DNA of 46,039 nt from Klebsiella phage 6939: sequence record OL362271.1. One strand, 5' to 3'. The notes beneath the pieces are model-generated. The model had not been told where the DNA came from and searched no databases. It saw only the letters and a program-made list of their open reading frames with translations. Below are positions 23,550 to 32,004 of this stretch, piece after piece; position 1 is the stretch's first letter, and every line of letters starts with the position of its first letter. Position numbers and translations under genes: made by a program.

Positions 23550-24572
23550 ATGGATTTAAACAGCTTTGACTTTGGTGCTGAGCTTTCAGAAGCTATTGAT
23601 CACATCAAAGTATGGCCTCGTGATGGAGAGATGACAGCACTCATTGACGGTGACCTAATACCTTATATCATTGGTTACTCAGTTGACCCCATGATGTGGT
23701 TGCGAGCACAGAACCGTGTAGCTGATGGTAACTGTTATGGGATTGTAGATACTCCAGAGTTTGAGCAGATTAAGCAGAAGATTTGTATGGTACTTAATGA
23801 CTGGATTGAAGCACCTAAGTGCGATTCTGCTGTTATATACATGACAGACTCAGCTAAGAACTTCCGATTAGATTTAGCAATCCAACGTAAGTATAAAGGT
23901 ACTCGTAAATCAGAGAAGCCACCTTTCTTCTATGAGTCTCGTGAGTTCATGATTAACCATCTAGGTGCAATCCTGTCAGACGGAGAAGAGGCTGATGACT
24001 TACTCACCATGCATCTCTATGAACATCAATTCAATAGCTTGATTGATAATGGCATTGAGGTTGGTAGTGCAACACACAAAGAGCTTGCACGATTTGTCAT
24101 GGTATCCAAGGATAAGGATTTAGCAATCTCTCCGGGATGGCATTACGATGTCAAGGAAAGAAAGCTGCACTGGGTAACTGTGCTTGGTGAGCTGCTACCT
24201 CAATGGGATGGTAGCAAACTTAAGAAGCTGCGTGGCACTGGACTGAAGTTCTTCTATTCACAGATGCTACAGGGTGACCAAGTGGACAACTACACAGGTA
24301 TCCCACGTATGCGGCTTAAAGACATCTATGACTTACTTGAGCCATGCAAGGATGAGCGTGAGCTCTATAACGCTACCTTGTCAGCCTACCGTAAGAAGTA
24401 TGGTGATGAAGCTTATATAGCAAACTACCGTGGTGGTGGTAAGTTCCTAAAGCCTCATGAGATTATGCATGAGCAAGGTCGCTTAGCACACATGCAAAGG
24501 TTTAAGGGCGAGATATGGCGCTCGGAGAAAGTTCCTGTACTTTGGGGAAGTGATGGTGCTGTATGGAAATGA
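23550..24572 (+). CDS. 5-prime to 3-prime exonuclease (T7 gp6-like, FEN family)
   Basis: Start after TAGGAGGGACT. Size and position match T7 gp6. Acidic clusters (DGDLIPY, DSAKNF, EEADDLL) are typical of PIN/FEN nucleases. Confidence 0.75.
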   Translation: MDLNSFDFGAELSEAIDHIKVWPRDGEMTALIDGDLIPYIIGYSVDPMMWLRAQNRVADGNCYGIVDTPEFEQIKQKICMVLNDWIEAPKCDSAVIYMTDSAKNFRLDLAIQRKYKGTRKSEKPPFFYESREFMINHLGAILSDGEEADDLLTMHLYEHQFNSLIDNGIEVGSATHKELARFVMVSKDKDLAISPGWHYDVKERKLHWVTVLGELLPQWDGSKLKKLRGTGLKFFYSQMLQGDQVDNYTGIPRMRLKDIYDLLEPCKDERELYNATLSAYRKKYGDEAYIANYRGGGKFLKPHEIMHEQGRLAHMQRFKGEIWRSEKVPVLWGSDGAVWK

Positions 24573-24967
24573 GAAAGATTAAAGAATCAGAAGTAGCTAC
24601 GGTACGTAAGGAGTTGCTGGAGAAGCAGCGTTACACCTGCCCTATAACTGGTAGAGATTTAAGGGCAATGAAGCCTACCAACTTAGTCCTTGACCATTGT
24701 CATATGGGTGGTCAGATAAGGGCTGTATTACCACGAGGCATCAACGGACTTGAGGGGGTTATTAAAGCTGCCCTCAAACGGTATGCAGGTTTAAGTGAGA
24801 GTCAAGTACCAGAGATGGCTAAGATTCTTCACAACCTAGCTGACTACCTAATGCTGCATCGAGTACCACAGTGCCCCTATATCTATCACAAGCACAAGAC
24901 TGAGATGGAGAAGCGAGCTGCCCGTAATGCACTGGCGCGTAAACGTTATGCGTCTAAGAAGAAATAG
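24563..24967 (+). CDS. Endonuclease VII-like Holliday-junction resolvase
   Basis: CPITG...DHCH zinc/HNH-type motif characteristic of T4 endonuclease VII-family proteins found in SP6/phiKMV-like phages. Confidence 0.7.
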   Translation: MEMRKIKESEVATVRKELLEKQRYTCPITGRDLRAMKPTNLVLDHCHMGGQIRAVLPRGINGLEGVIKAALKRYAGLSESQVPEMAKILHNLADYLMLHRVPQCPYIYHKHKTEMEKRAARNALARKRYASKKK

Positions 24968-24984
24968 CAGCTTAGGAGGTATAC

Positions 24985-26109
24985 TTGAAGATTACAGAAG
25001 ACGCACTTAAGGAAGATATTGCAGCTGGCAAAACTAACAAGGAGATTGCTGAGAAGCATGGGTGCTCTGAAAGGAACATCCAGTATCGCCGGAAGCGTCT
25101 AGCTGAGAAAGGCTTTTCCCCTCCACATGATATGGTGAAAGAAGTAGCTCCCGGTTTCCTACTGAAAGGTACATCAACCTTATATAAGAATGGTGAGCCT
25201 GTGTTGCAGTGGGTTAAAACTAAGGTTGACCCAGAGCGTATGTTGCAGATGGCTCAGGAGTTCCTTGCTGGTATCAATGATGACATCCAGCGAGCAGAAC
25301 CTGTAGCAGCACCATACAACAAGCAAGCTGACCATCTACTTAACTTCTTCCCTATTACAGATTACCACTTAGGTATGCTGGCTTGGGCTGAAGAATCTGG
25401 AGATGACTGGGATATGAAGATTGCTGAGGACTTAGCAACTCGCTGGCTTGAGCGAGCTATTGCAAGCTCACCACATGCTAACACAGCAATCTTAGCTAAC
25501 ATGGGCGACTTCCTTCACTGGGATGGACTGGCAGCAGTAACACCAGCATCTAAGCATGTTCTGGATGCTGACACTCGTTACACTAAACTTGTGCGAGTTG
25601 CTGTTAAGCTTATTCGTAAGATGATTCAGATGTGTCTGGAGACTCACCAGAAAGTGCATGTAGTTATGGCAGAAGGTAACCATGATGAAGCAAGCTCTGT
25701 GTGGCTACGTGAGACACTGAAGGTTATCTATGAGAATGAGCCACGTATCACAATTGATGATAACCCAGACCCTTACTACTGCTATGAGTTTGGTAACACT
25801 GCAATCTTTATCCATCATGGACACAAACGTAGAGCTGAGCAAATTGACCAAGTTCTTGCAGCTAAGTTCCGTAAGGTCTTTGGACGTACAGAACATGCGT
25901 ATGCTCACGTAGGTCACTTGCATCACTTGAAAGCTATTGAGACTAGCCTGATGGTTGTAGAACAGCATCGTACACTTGCAGCTAAGGATGCTTATGCTAG
26001 TCGTGGTGGTTGGTTATCAGAGCGAGCAGCTTCAGTGATCACTTACCATAGTGAGTATGGAGAAGTTCAGCGAGCCACTATTACACCAGCTATGTTGTTA
26101 GATAAGTAA
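24985..26109 (+). CDS. HTH domain fused to calcineurin-like metallophosphoesterase (SbcD/Mre11-type motif set)
   Basis: TTG start 5 nt after AGGAGG. N-terminal HTH (KTNKEIAEKHGCSERNIQYRRKRL). Motifs DYH, GDFLHWDG, GNHDE, HHGH and GHLHH match phosphoesterase motifs I-V. Confidence 0.65.
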   Translation: MKITEDALKEDIAAGKTNKEIAEKHGCSERNIQYRRKRLAEKGFSPPHDMVKEVAPGFLLKGTSTLYKNGEPVLQWVKTKVDPERMLQMAQEFLAGINDDIQRAEPVAAPYNKQADHLLNFFPITDYHLGMLAWAEESGDDWDMKIAEDLATRWLERAIASSPHANTAILANMGDFLHWDGLAAVTPASKHVLDADTRYTKLVRVAVKLIRKMIQMCLETHQKVHVVMAEGNHDEASSVWLRETLKVIYENEPRITIDDNPDPYYCYEFGNTAIFIHHGHKRRAEQIDQVLAAKFRKVFGRTEHAYAHVGHLHHLKAIETSLMVVEQHRTLAAKDAYASRGGWLSERAASVITYHSEYGEVQRATITPAMLLDK

Positions 26110-26122
26110 CACAATAGAACTA
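26100..26122 (+). promoter_or_regulatory. Phage RNAP promoter, SP6-like (agataagtaacacaatagaacta), overlapping the upstream stop codon
   Basis: One mismatch to the in-window consensus core TAAGTTACACAATAGAAG. Confidence 0.5.
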
Positions 26123-26129
26123 ATTAACT

Positions 26130-26726
26130 TTGGAGAGACTCGTGAAAGATACCTATATCTTTGATTTAGATGGCACATTATCAGATGGTCGCCATCGCCT
26201 ACATCTTCTACCAGCCAAGGAAGATGCTCATAAGACTTATGCTTGGGATGCTTTCAACCTAGCAGCTGGAGAGGATACGCCAATCTTAGATAACATTCGT
26301 TTGATGAATGAGCTATATCAGTTTGGCAAGAAGATTATTATCCTCACTGGTCGCTCTGATGTTGCTAAGAGTATTACTGAGAAGTGGTTATGGGAACATG
26401 GCTGTAACTACAATCAGCTTATCATGCGTCCTGCAACTGACCATCGCCGTGATATAGAGTTCAAGGAAGATGCGTTAACTCAGATTGGCTTGCATAAGAT
26501 TGTAGCTTGCTTTGATGACCTTGAGCATGTTGCTAAGCACATCCGTAAGCTTGGTGTTACTTGTCATCTTGTAACTCATTATGATGATAAGTGTGTATCA
26601 ACAAGTCAGCATGTGCGTTACCCGGAAGAGAAGGATGTTTATCATTACCTTAATACACGTGATAAATCTTTAATGTGTAAGGGTTACAATCAAGCTATCG
26701 CAGATACCAAGGAGCTTAATAAATGA
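26130..26726 (+). CDS. HAD-superfamily phosphatase (T4 Pnk phosphatase-domain-like DxDGT motif)
   Basis: FDLDGTLSDG is HAD motif I. TTG at 26130 or GTG at 26142 with GGAGAG upstream. Confidence 0.55.
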   Translation: MERLVKDTYIFDLDGTLSDGRHRLHLLPAKEDAHKTYAWDAFNLAAGEDTPILDNIRLMNELYQFGKKIIILTGRSDVAKSITEKWLWEHGCNYNQLIMRPATDHRRDIEFKEDALTQIGLHKIVACFDDLEHVAKHIRKLGVTCHLVTHYDDKCVSTSQHVRYPEEKDVYHYLNTRDKSLMCKGYNQAIADTKELNK

Positions 26727-27136
26727 GGAAGATTTGCACTTGTTCCAAGAAGACTGGTATCGAATACGGTACATCTAATGGACATGCATTAGATTGTGCT
26801 ACCAACATGACTGATGAGGAACTTGGCCTTAAGCCACTAGGTGCTAAATATGATGCTGGTAAACCGCGAGTTGATTTGCTGATTGATGGTTGTCCATTGT
26901 CACTTGAGGAAGTATCTAAGGTACTCACATTTGGTGCTAAGAAATATGCAGACCACAACTGGCAGCATGTACCGGATGGTGAGACTCGATATAAAGCTGC
27001 AATGATGCGTCATGTACTAGCATCTTCTCGTGGTGAGAAAACTGACAGCGAGACTGGTTTAAGTCACTTAGCTCATGCAGCTTGCTGTATCTTATTCATG
27101 CTTGAGTTGGAGCTAAAGAAGAATGAACGTATTTGA
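26723..27136 (+). CDS. Hypothetical protein, 137 aa (weak guess: nucleotide pyrophosphohydrolase-like)
   Basis: ATGA overlap. Motif GAKYDAGKPRVDLL...FGAKKYADHNW recalled by eye only. No firm assignment. Confidence 0.4.
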   Translation: MRKICTCSKKTGIEYGTSNGHALDCATNMTDEELGLKPLGAKYDAGKPRVDLLIDGCPLSLEEVSKVLTFGAKKYADHNWQHVPDGETRYKAAMMRHVLASSRGEKTDSETGLSHLAHAACCILFMLELELKKNERI

Positions 27137-28058
27137 GTTCCTTGGTTTACTAGCAAATCACCGAGCTAAGAACAAAGTTGTTCAGCTTGTTAAGCACTAC
27201 CATGAAGTACCCGCAAGCCGCAAGAGCTATCCGTTAATTGGTCAGCCTAAGAAGGATGGTGTATATGCGATGCTAGTTGTATGTAATGGTTTCATTGGTG
27301 TGTTTGGTCGCACTGGTGAGATGCTAGCAAGCTGCCCTACTCTAATTGATAAAGCTCATGAAGCTTCATTAGATGATGGCGTTTACATAGGTGAGCTGCT
27401 TAGTAAGCACCCATGTAGCCTCGAAGAGTTATCAGGTGTTGTTAACCCTAATAGAGTTAATCCACTAGATGATGAGCAGTTATTAATCTCGAAATCACTC
27501 TATATTGCTTGGCATGACGTACTAACTCTTAATGAGTTCATAACTGGTAAATCTAAGACAGATTATCAGGTACGCTATAACCGACTATTCCAGTACTTTG
27601 AAGGTACTGAGTTACTTAATGACATCCTACCTATCAGCATCATCTATGATGAATCAAGCAAGGACTTGTTCACACAAGCTTGCTTAGATGCAAAAGAAGA
27701 GGGTGCAGTTTACCATAACCCAAGTGAGGGTTGGGTAGCTGGTCACAAAGGTTACCGTGTCATGAAAGAGGTTGGTGAAGTTTCTTATGACCTAATGTGT
27801 GTTGGTATTGAAGAAGGTACTGGCAAGTACACTGGCTTGGTAGCTAATATGTTCTTTCGCTGGAAAAATGGAACCACTATCAAGGCTATGCCCGGCAAGG
27901 GGCACACACATGAAAGCTGCCGTAAGATGTACCTAGACCCACTGTTAGCTATCGGTCGCATCTGGAAAGTTAAGGGATTGTGCAATAGCTCCAAGGGGAA
28001 AGTAAGATTACCTAAAGTTGAGGAAGAGAGACATGACAAAGTTACCGCAGACTATTAG
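27123..28058 (+). CDS. ATP-dependent DNA ligase-like nucleotidyltransferase
   Basis: KKDG matches motif I (KxDG), IGELL is motif III-like and EGWVAGHKG motif IV-like. Sits after exonuclease and endonuclease VII. Confidence 0.55.
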   Translation: MNVFEFLGLLANHRAKNKVVQLVKHYHEVPASRKSYPLIGQPKKDGVYAMLVVCNGFIGVFGRTGEMLASCPTLIDKAHEASLDDGVYIGELLSKHPCSLEELSGVVNPNRVNPLDDEQLLISKSLYIAWHDVLTLNEFITGKSKTDYQVRYNRLFQYFEGTELLNDILPISIIYDESSKDLFTQACLDAKEEGAVYHNPSEGWVAGHKGYRVMKEVGEVSYDLMCVGIEEGTGKYTGLVANMFFRWKNGTTIKAMPGKGHTHESCRKMYLDPLLAIGRIWKVKGLCNSSKGKVRLPKVEEERHDKVTADY

Positions 28059-28425
28059 TAAGCGTGTTAACATTTTAACAGGTGAAGAGTGTCCACTTGG
28101 CACTATTCCTAATGAACGATGTTCTGGCAGGACTCTATCTATTGCGCTCAGTTTACTTGCAGTGGCTATGTCTAGTGAGTTTAGACATCACTTTCTGATT
28201 GATCATGCTGGAGATGAGCGAAGGCATGCCGACAACCTCCGATATGAAGTTCTTGGGTTAATCAGTCAAGCTAAGTTGATAGGGTTCAAAGTAGAGGTAC
28301 GCTCTACTCACAGTCTTCGTGGGATGAAAGGTCTATCAGGGCTTTATGGCTATAGCTGCGAATCCTATGGTGTATATGTCAGCTGGGATCAGGTTCAGGA
28401 TGTTTACTATGACCTACGCAAATAA
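28033..28425 (+). CDS. Hypothetical protein, 130 aa
   Basis: ATG after GAGGAAGAGAG, overlapping the ligase end. Confidence 0.4.
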   Translation: MTKLPQTISKRVNILTGEECPLGTIPNERCSGRTLSIALSLLAVAMSSEFRHHFLIDHAGDERRHADNLRYEVLGLISQAKLIGFKVEVRSTHSLRGMKGLSGLYGYSCESYGVYVSWDQVQDVYYDLRK

Positions 28426-28603
28426 AGAGGAAGCTCTTGAAGCTGCTGCTGAGATGGCACTTGACGGACGCTTACCTACACCTGATGAGTTTGCAGAAAT
28501 GCAAGCAGTTGGTGTTGATTACAAGGCAGTTCATTCAATCTTAAGTGAGGTGTTCTACGATGGTGAAGAGTTCGAAGATTCATCCGATGCCGAGTCCGAG
28601 TGA
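28400..28603 (+). CDS. Hypothetical acidic protein, 67 aa
   Basis: In-frame ATGs at 28400 and 28409. Acidic C-terminus DGEEFEDSSDAESE. Confidence 0.3.
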   Translation: MFTMTYANKEEALEAAAEMALDGRLPTPDEFAEMQAVGVDYKAVHSILSEVFYDGEEFEDSSDAESE

Positions 28604-28757
28604 CGTTGCTTACATTGAGCCGGGTGTGTTTGATTACATCATGGATGTTTTGCGTGAGAAGCAAGTAAGCTACAGCAGCCCACAAGCTGACTTCATCTAC
28701 AATGAAGTTGTTAAGGATGTAAGGAAGCGTATTGCATGCAGCATCAAACCAAAGTAA
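28587..28757 (+). CDS. Hypothetical protein, 56 aa
   Basis: Overlapping small ORF with a weak RBS. Confidence 0.25.
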   Translation: MPSPSDVAYIEPGVFDYIMDVLREKQVSYSSPQADFIYNEVVKDVRKRIACSIKPK

Positions 28758-29200
28758 GGAAAGCTACGATACTTGACTTGCTACCAGTAGCTTTGTTAGC
28801 TGATAAGTACTCTAGTGAAGTTAATACAATGGATAATCATCCTCTTTGCATCGAGACACTCATGCAGAATATGGCAGCTACTCTAATGTCACCAGATGGT
28901 TACATGAGCTTGCTAGAAGTTGATGGTAAGATTGTTGGTGGTTTGTGGGGTATCTTAACTAATCAGCCTTGGTCAGCAACTAAGTTTGCACAGGATGTAA
29001 TAATCTTTGTTGATTCATCACATCGCAATGGAAGCGGATTGTTGCTTATCAAGGACTGGATTAAGTGGGCGAAAGATAAAGGTGCAAAGGAAGTGTACCT
29101 AAGTACAGCCTCTGGTATAGGTACTGAGAGGTTTATTAGGCTCGCTGGTAAATTAGGATTTGAGCCAGTTGGTCACGGATTCAAGAAGGAGGTGTATTGA
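28736..29200 (+). CDS. GNAT-fold acetyltransferase-like protein
   Basis: AAGGA upstream. VDGKIVGG...HRNGSGLLL...AKDKGAKEVYL resembles the GNAT acetyl-CoA-binding core. Confidence 0.4.
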   Translation: MQHQTKVRKATILDLLPVALLADKYSSEVNTMDNHPLCIETLMQNMAATLMSPDGYMSLLEVDGKIVGGLWGILTNQPWSATKFAQDVIIFVDSSHRNGSGLLLIKDWIKWAKDKGAKEVYLSTASGIGTERFIRLAGKLGFEPVGHGFKKEVY

Positions 29201-29397
29201 TGTCATTTTCAAAACCAAAGGTTCCAGCATACAACCCGCCAGCTGCTAAGCCTGACCGCCAAGTAGATGTTGAACCAGAAGATGTACAGCTGGGTGATGA
29301 GGACAGCCAGACAACGACTAAGAAAGGTAAGCGCTCCTTGATGCGTCCTTCCGGTGCAGCTACTGGTACTGGTGGCGGTACTGGCTTAAGCGTCTAA
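29197..29397 (+). CDS. Small protein, 66 aa, before portal (T7 gp6.7/7.3 position)
   Basis: ATGA overlap. Gly/Thr-rich C-terminus. Confidence 0.4.
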   Translation: MMSFSKPKVPAYNPPAAKPDRQVDVEPEDVQLGDEDSQTTTKKGKRSLMRPSGAATGTGGGTGLSV

Positions 29398-29406
29398 GGA
29401 GGTTAG

Positions 29407-31011
29407 ATGAAGGGTAATAAGATTCTAACTGTAGGTGATGAAGATTTATCATCCTTCAATAACCGGATGCAGGTTAAGCCCGGTGCTCCTAACAAAGAGT
29501 CACTGGAAGCTCAGTATTCCGGTATGAAGGGTAAGCGAGAGGTTTTCCTATCAAGAGCTAAAGCTCTTACTAAACTCACACTACCAGCTCTGTTTACTGA
29601 CTCCAGTGATACCTTTGACCAAGGACAGGGTTACACACAAAATGGATGGCAGAGCTTAGGTGCTCAGGGTCACACGCATTTAGCTAACAAGCTTGCACAA
29701 ACTTGGTTCCCTCCACAGAGAACTTTCTTTAAGCTCACGTTTACTGATGAGATGAAGAAAGCTTTGTACAGTGAGGGTGTTAAAGAAACTGATTTAATGC
29801 AGCAGCTATCATCAGCTGAGCAGAGGGCACAACTTTATCATACTCAGGTTCAGGGTTATCTAGCATGGGTAAATGCTGCTGAGCATCTTATTGGCTCAGG
29901 GAATGCCATGCTGTATATGCCACCAGATGACGAGAATGTAGTTTGCTACCCTATGGATAGGTATGTAGTTTCTCGTTCTAAGTCAGGTAAAGTACTCAAG
30001 ATGATTCTTGAGGAAGAGAAAGCTATCAGTGAGTTTGAGCCAGCTGTACAAGCTATTATTAAGGCCAAGAGATATGGCTGCAAGAAGTCAGATACAATCC
30101 CTGTTTATACTTGCATGAAGTGGGATGGTGTTGAGAAGAAGTACTCTATCTGGTCTGAGGTTGTGGAAGTTCAGATAACCAAGACATTTAAAGTTACACA
30201 AGAGAATAACCCATTCATTATTCTTGGATGGAAGTTCCTATATGGAGAGGCATACGCTCGTGGCTTACTTGAAGTTATTGCAGGTGACTTGTTCGTCTAT
30301 CAGTTCCTGTCAAAAGCCATAGCTAAGGGTTGCGCTTTGATGAGTGAGGTTAAGTTCCTTGTTCGTCGTGGTTCAGCTACTAGCCCGGAGGCACATGCTA
30401 AAGCTGAATCTGGTGAGTATGTCTATGGTGATGAGGGCGATATTAGTGTTGTCCAGTTAGATAAATATGCTGACTATCAAACTGTATCTAGTGTAATGCA
30501 GATTTATGAACGTCGCATAGGTCAGGCATTCTTGATGAGTTCAGCCACTCGTAGGGATGCAGAGCGTGTAACTACCGTAGAGATTAGACAAGATGCTATG
30601 GAGCTTGAGACAACTCTTGGTGGTACTTACTCACAGATTGCTGTTAATGGTCAGCTACCTTATGCGCGTTTACTGTTACGTCGCATCAAGTTCAAGGTTG
30701 GCGAGAGGGATGTAGTCCCAGTTATTGTTACAGGCATAGAAGCTCTTGGTAAAGCTGGTGAGCTTGATAAGCTTGTGCAGTTCTCTGAGATGATGGCAAT
30801 CCCTAATGGATGGTCACCAGAGGCTCAAGCAAGGATGAAGTGGTCAGACTATATGACCATGATTGCATCTAACCTCAACATGGAAGCTCCTTGGCTGATG
30901 ACAGAAGATGAGTATGCTAAGAAGCTACAGGCACAACAACAGCAGCAACAGCAGCAAGCGATGCTTGAAGCAGCTAGTAAGGCTGCACCACAGATGATGA
31001 AAGGAGAGTAG
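29407..31011 (+). CDS. Portal (head-tail connector) protein, T7 gp8-like
   Basis: 534 aa, TAAGGAGGTTAGATG start context, located upstream of scaffold and capsid. Poly-Gln C-terminal tail. Confidence 0.88.
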   Translation: MKGNKILTVGDEDLSSFNNRMQVKPGAPNKESLEAQYSGMKGKREVFLSRAKALTKLTLPALFTDSSDTFDQGQGYTQNGWQSLGAQGHTHLANKLAQTWFPPQRTFFKLTFTDEMKKALYSEGVKETDLMQQLSSAEQRAQLYHTQVQGYLAWVNAAEHLIGSGNAMLYMPPDDENVVCYPMDRYVVSRSKSGKVLKMILEEEKAISEFEPAVQAIIKAKRYGCKKSDTIPVYTCMKWDGVEKKYSIWSEVVEVQITKTFKVTQENNPFIILGWKFLYGEAYARGLLEVIAGDLFVYQFLSKAIAKGCALMSEVKFLVRRGSATSPEAHAKAESGEYVYGDEGDISVVQLDKYADYQTVSSVMQIYERRIGQAFLMSSATRRDAERVTTVEIRQDAMELETTLGGTYSQIAVNGQLPYARLLLRRIKFKVGERDVVPVIVTGIEALGKAGELDKLVQFSEMMAIPNGWSPEAQARMKWSDYMTMIASNLNMEAPWLMTEDEYAKKLQAQQQQQQQQAMLEAASKAAPQMMKGE

Positions 31012-31015
31012 TTAA

Positions 31016-31927
31016 ATGTCTGGTATTGAAATTTTGGCAGTAGGGGAGCAAGCTCAGGAAGAGTATGAGCAGAAGCAACAGGAAGCTAACAACAATGGTA
31101 CTAACGGTAACTTGAGTACTGCACCTGAAGATACTGAACAAGCTCCAGAGACTACCACAACTCAGGAGGGTGGTGAGCAATCTGTAGAGCAAGAAGAGGA
31201 TGGCGATAAGAAGCCTGAAGCTACAGAAGAATCAGAAGAGGAAGATGGCTTTTACTTTGGTGATACTAAGGTAGAGATTGAAGTTCCCACTGAAATCTCT
31301 GAAGCCCTCAAAGGTGCTAAGATTGATGAGGGTCAGCTGCTCAAGGAGCTGTTTGCAAAGGATGGTAAGTTTGAGGTTTCTGAGAAAACCAAAGCAGCTT
31401 TGGATAAAGCATTTGGTAAGCAGATGGTTGATGGCTACCTGAACTTGTTCCGCCAGCAGAACCAGATGGCACTGGATTCTTATAAGAAGGAACTTGCTGA
31501 TACAGCTGCACAGATTGAGGTCAACACTAAAGACTTCAATGAACTTGTAGGTGGTGATGAAGGTTGGAATGAGTTAGATGCTTGGGCTAGTGAGCATCTT
31601 GATGATGCACAACTGGCTCAGTTTAATGCAGTTATGAGTCTACCAGCAGAGCACTATCAAGCTCAGCGAGCTGTGGTGGAAGCTCTTCAGCTTAAGCGTG
31701 ATGCTCAGATTAAAGCTGCTGAAGGTGACCAGTCTGTTACGCTGCCTACTGATGGCGCTGGTGAATCTAATCGTTCCAATTCTGGGGCTCTGCCAGCCTC
31801 TCTGTCACGTGCTGAATTCCAAGAGCTGATGTTTAGCGAGCGTTATAAGAAAGACGCTCAGTACGCTCAGCAGGTGGATAAAATCCGAGAAATGACAATC
31901 AAGCGTGAGCAGTCTCAGCGCCGTTAA
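31016..31927 (+). CDS. Capsid assembly (scaffolding) protein, T7 gp9-like
   Basis: 303 aa, very acidic Glu/Asp/Gln-rich helical protein between portal and capsid. Confidence 0.8.
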   Translation: MSGIEILAVGEQAQEEYEQKQQEANNNGTNGNLSTAPEDTEQAPETTTTQEGGEQSVEQEEDGDKKPEATEESEEEDGFYFGDTKVEIEVPTEISEALKGAKIDEGQLLKELFAKDGKFEVSEKTKAALDKAFGKQMVDGYLNLFRQQNQMALDSYKKELADTAAQIEVNTKDFNELVGGDEGWNELDAWASEHLDDAQLAQFNAVMSLPAEHYQAQRAVVEALQLKRDAQIKAAEGDQSVTLPTDGAGESNRSNSGALPASLSRAEFQELMFSERYKKDAQYAQQVDKIREMTIKREQSQRR

Positions 31928-31948
31928 TAAAGTTACACAATAGAATGC
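31927..31948 (+). promoter_or_regulatory. Phage RNAP promoter, SP6-like (ataaagttacacaatagaatgc), upstream of the capsid gene
   Basis: Copy of the promoter motif, followed by a leader hairpin tgcagatgaca...tgtctgca (31944-31968). Confidence 0.6.
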
Positions 31949-32004
31949 AGATGACACGGATTGTCTGCATATCCAATTTACTTAGCTAAGGAGAAATATA
32001 ACGA

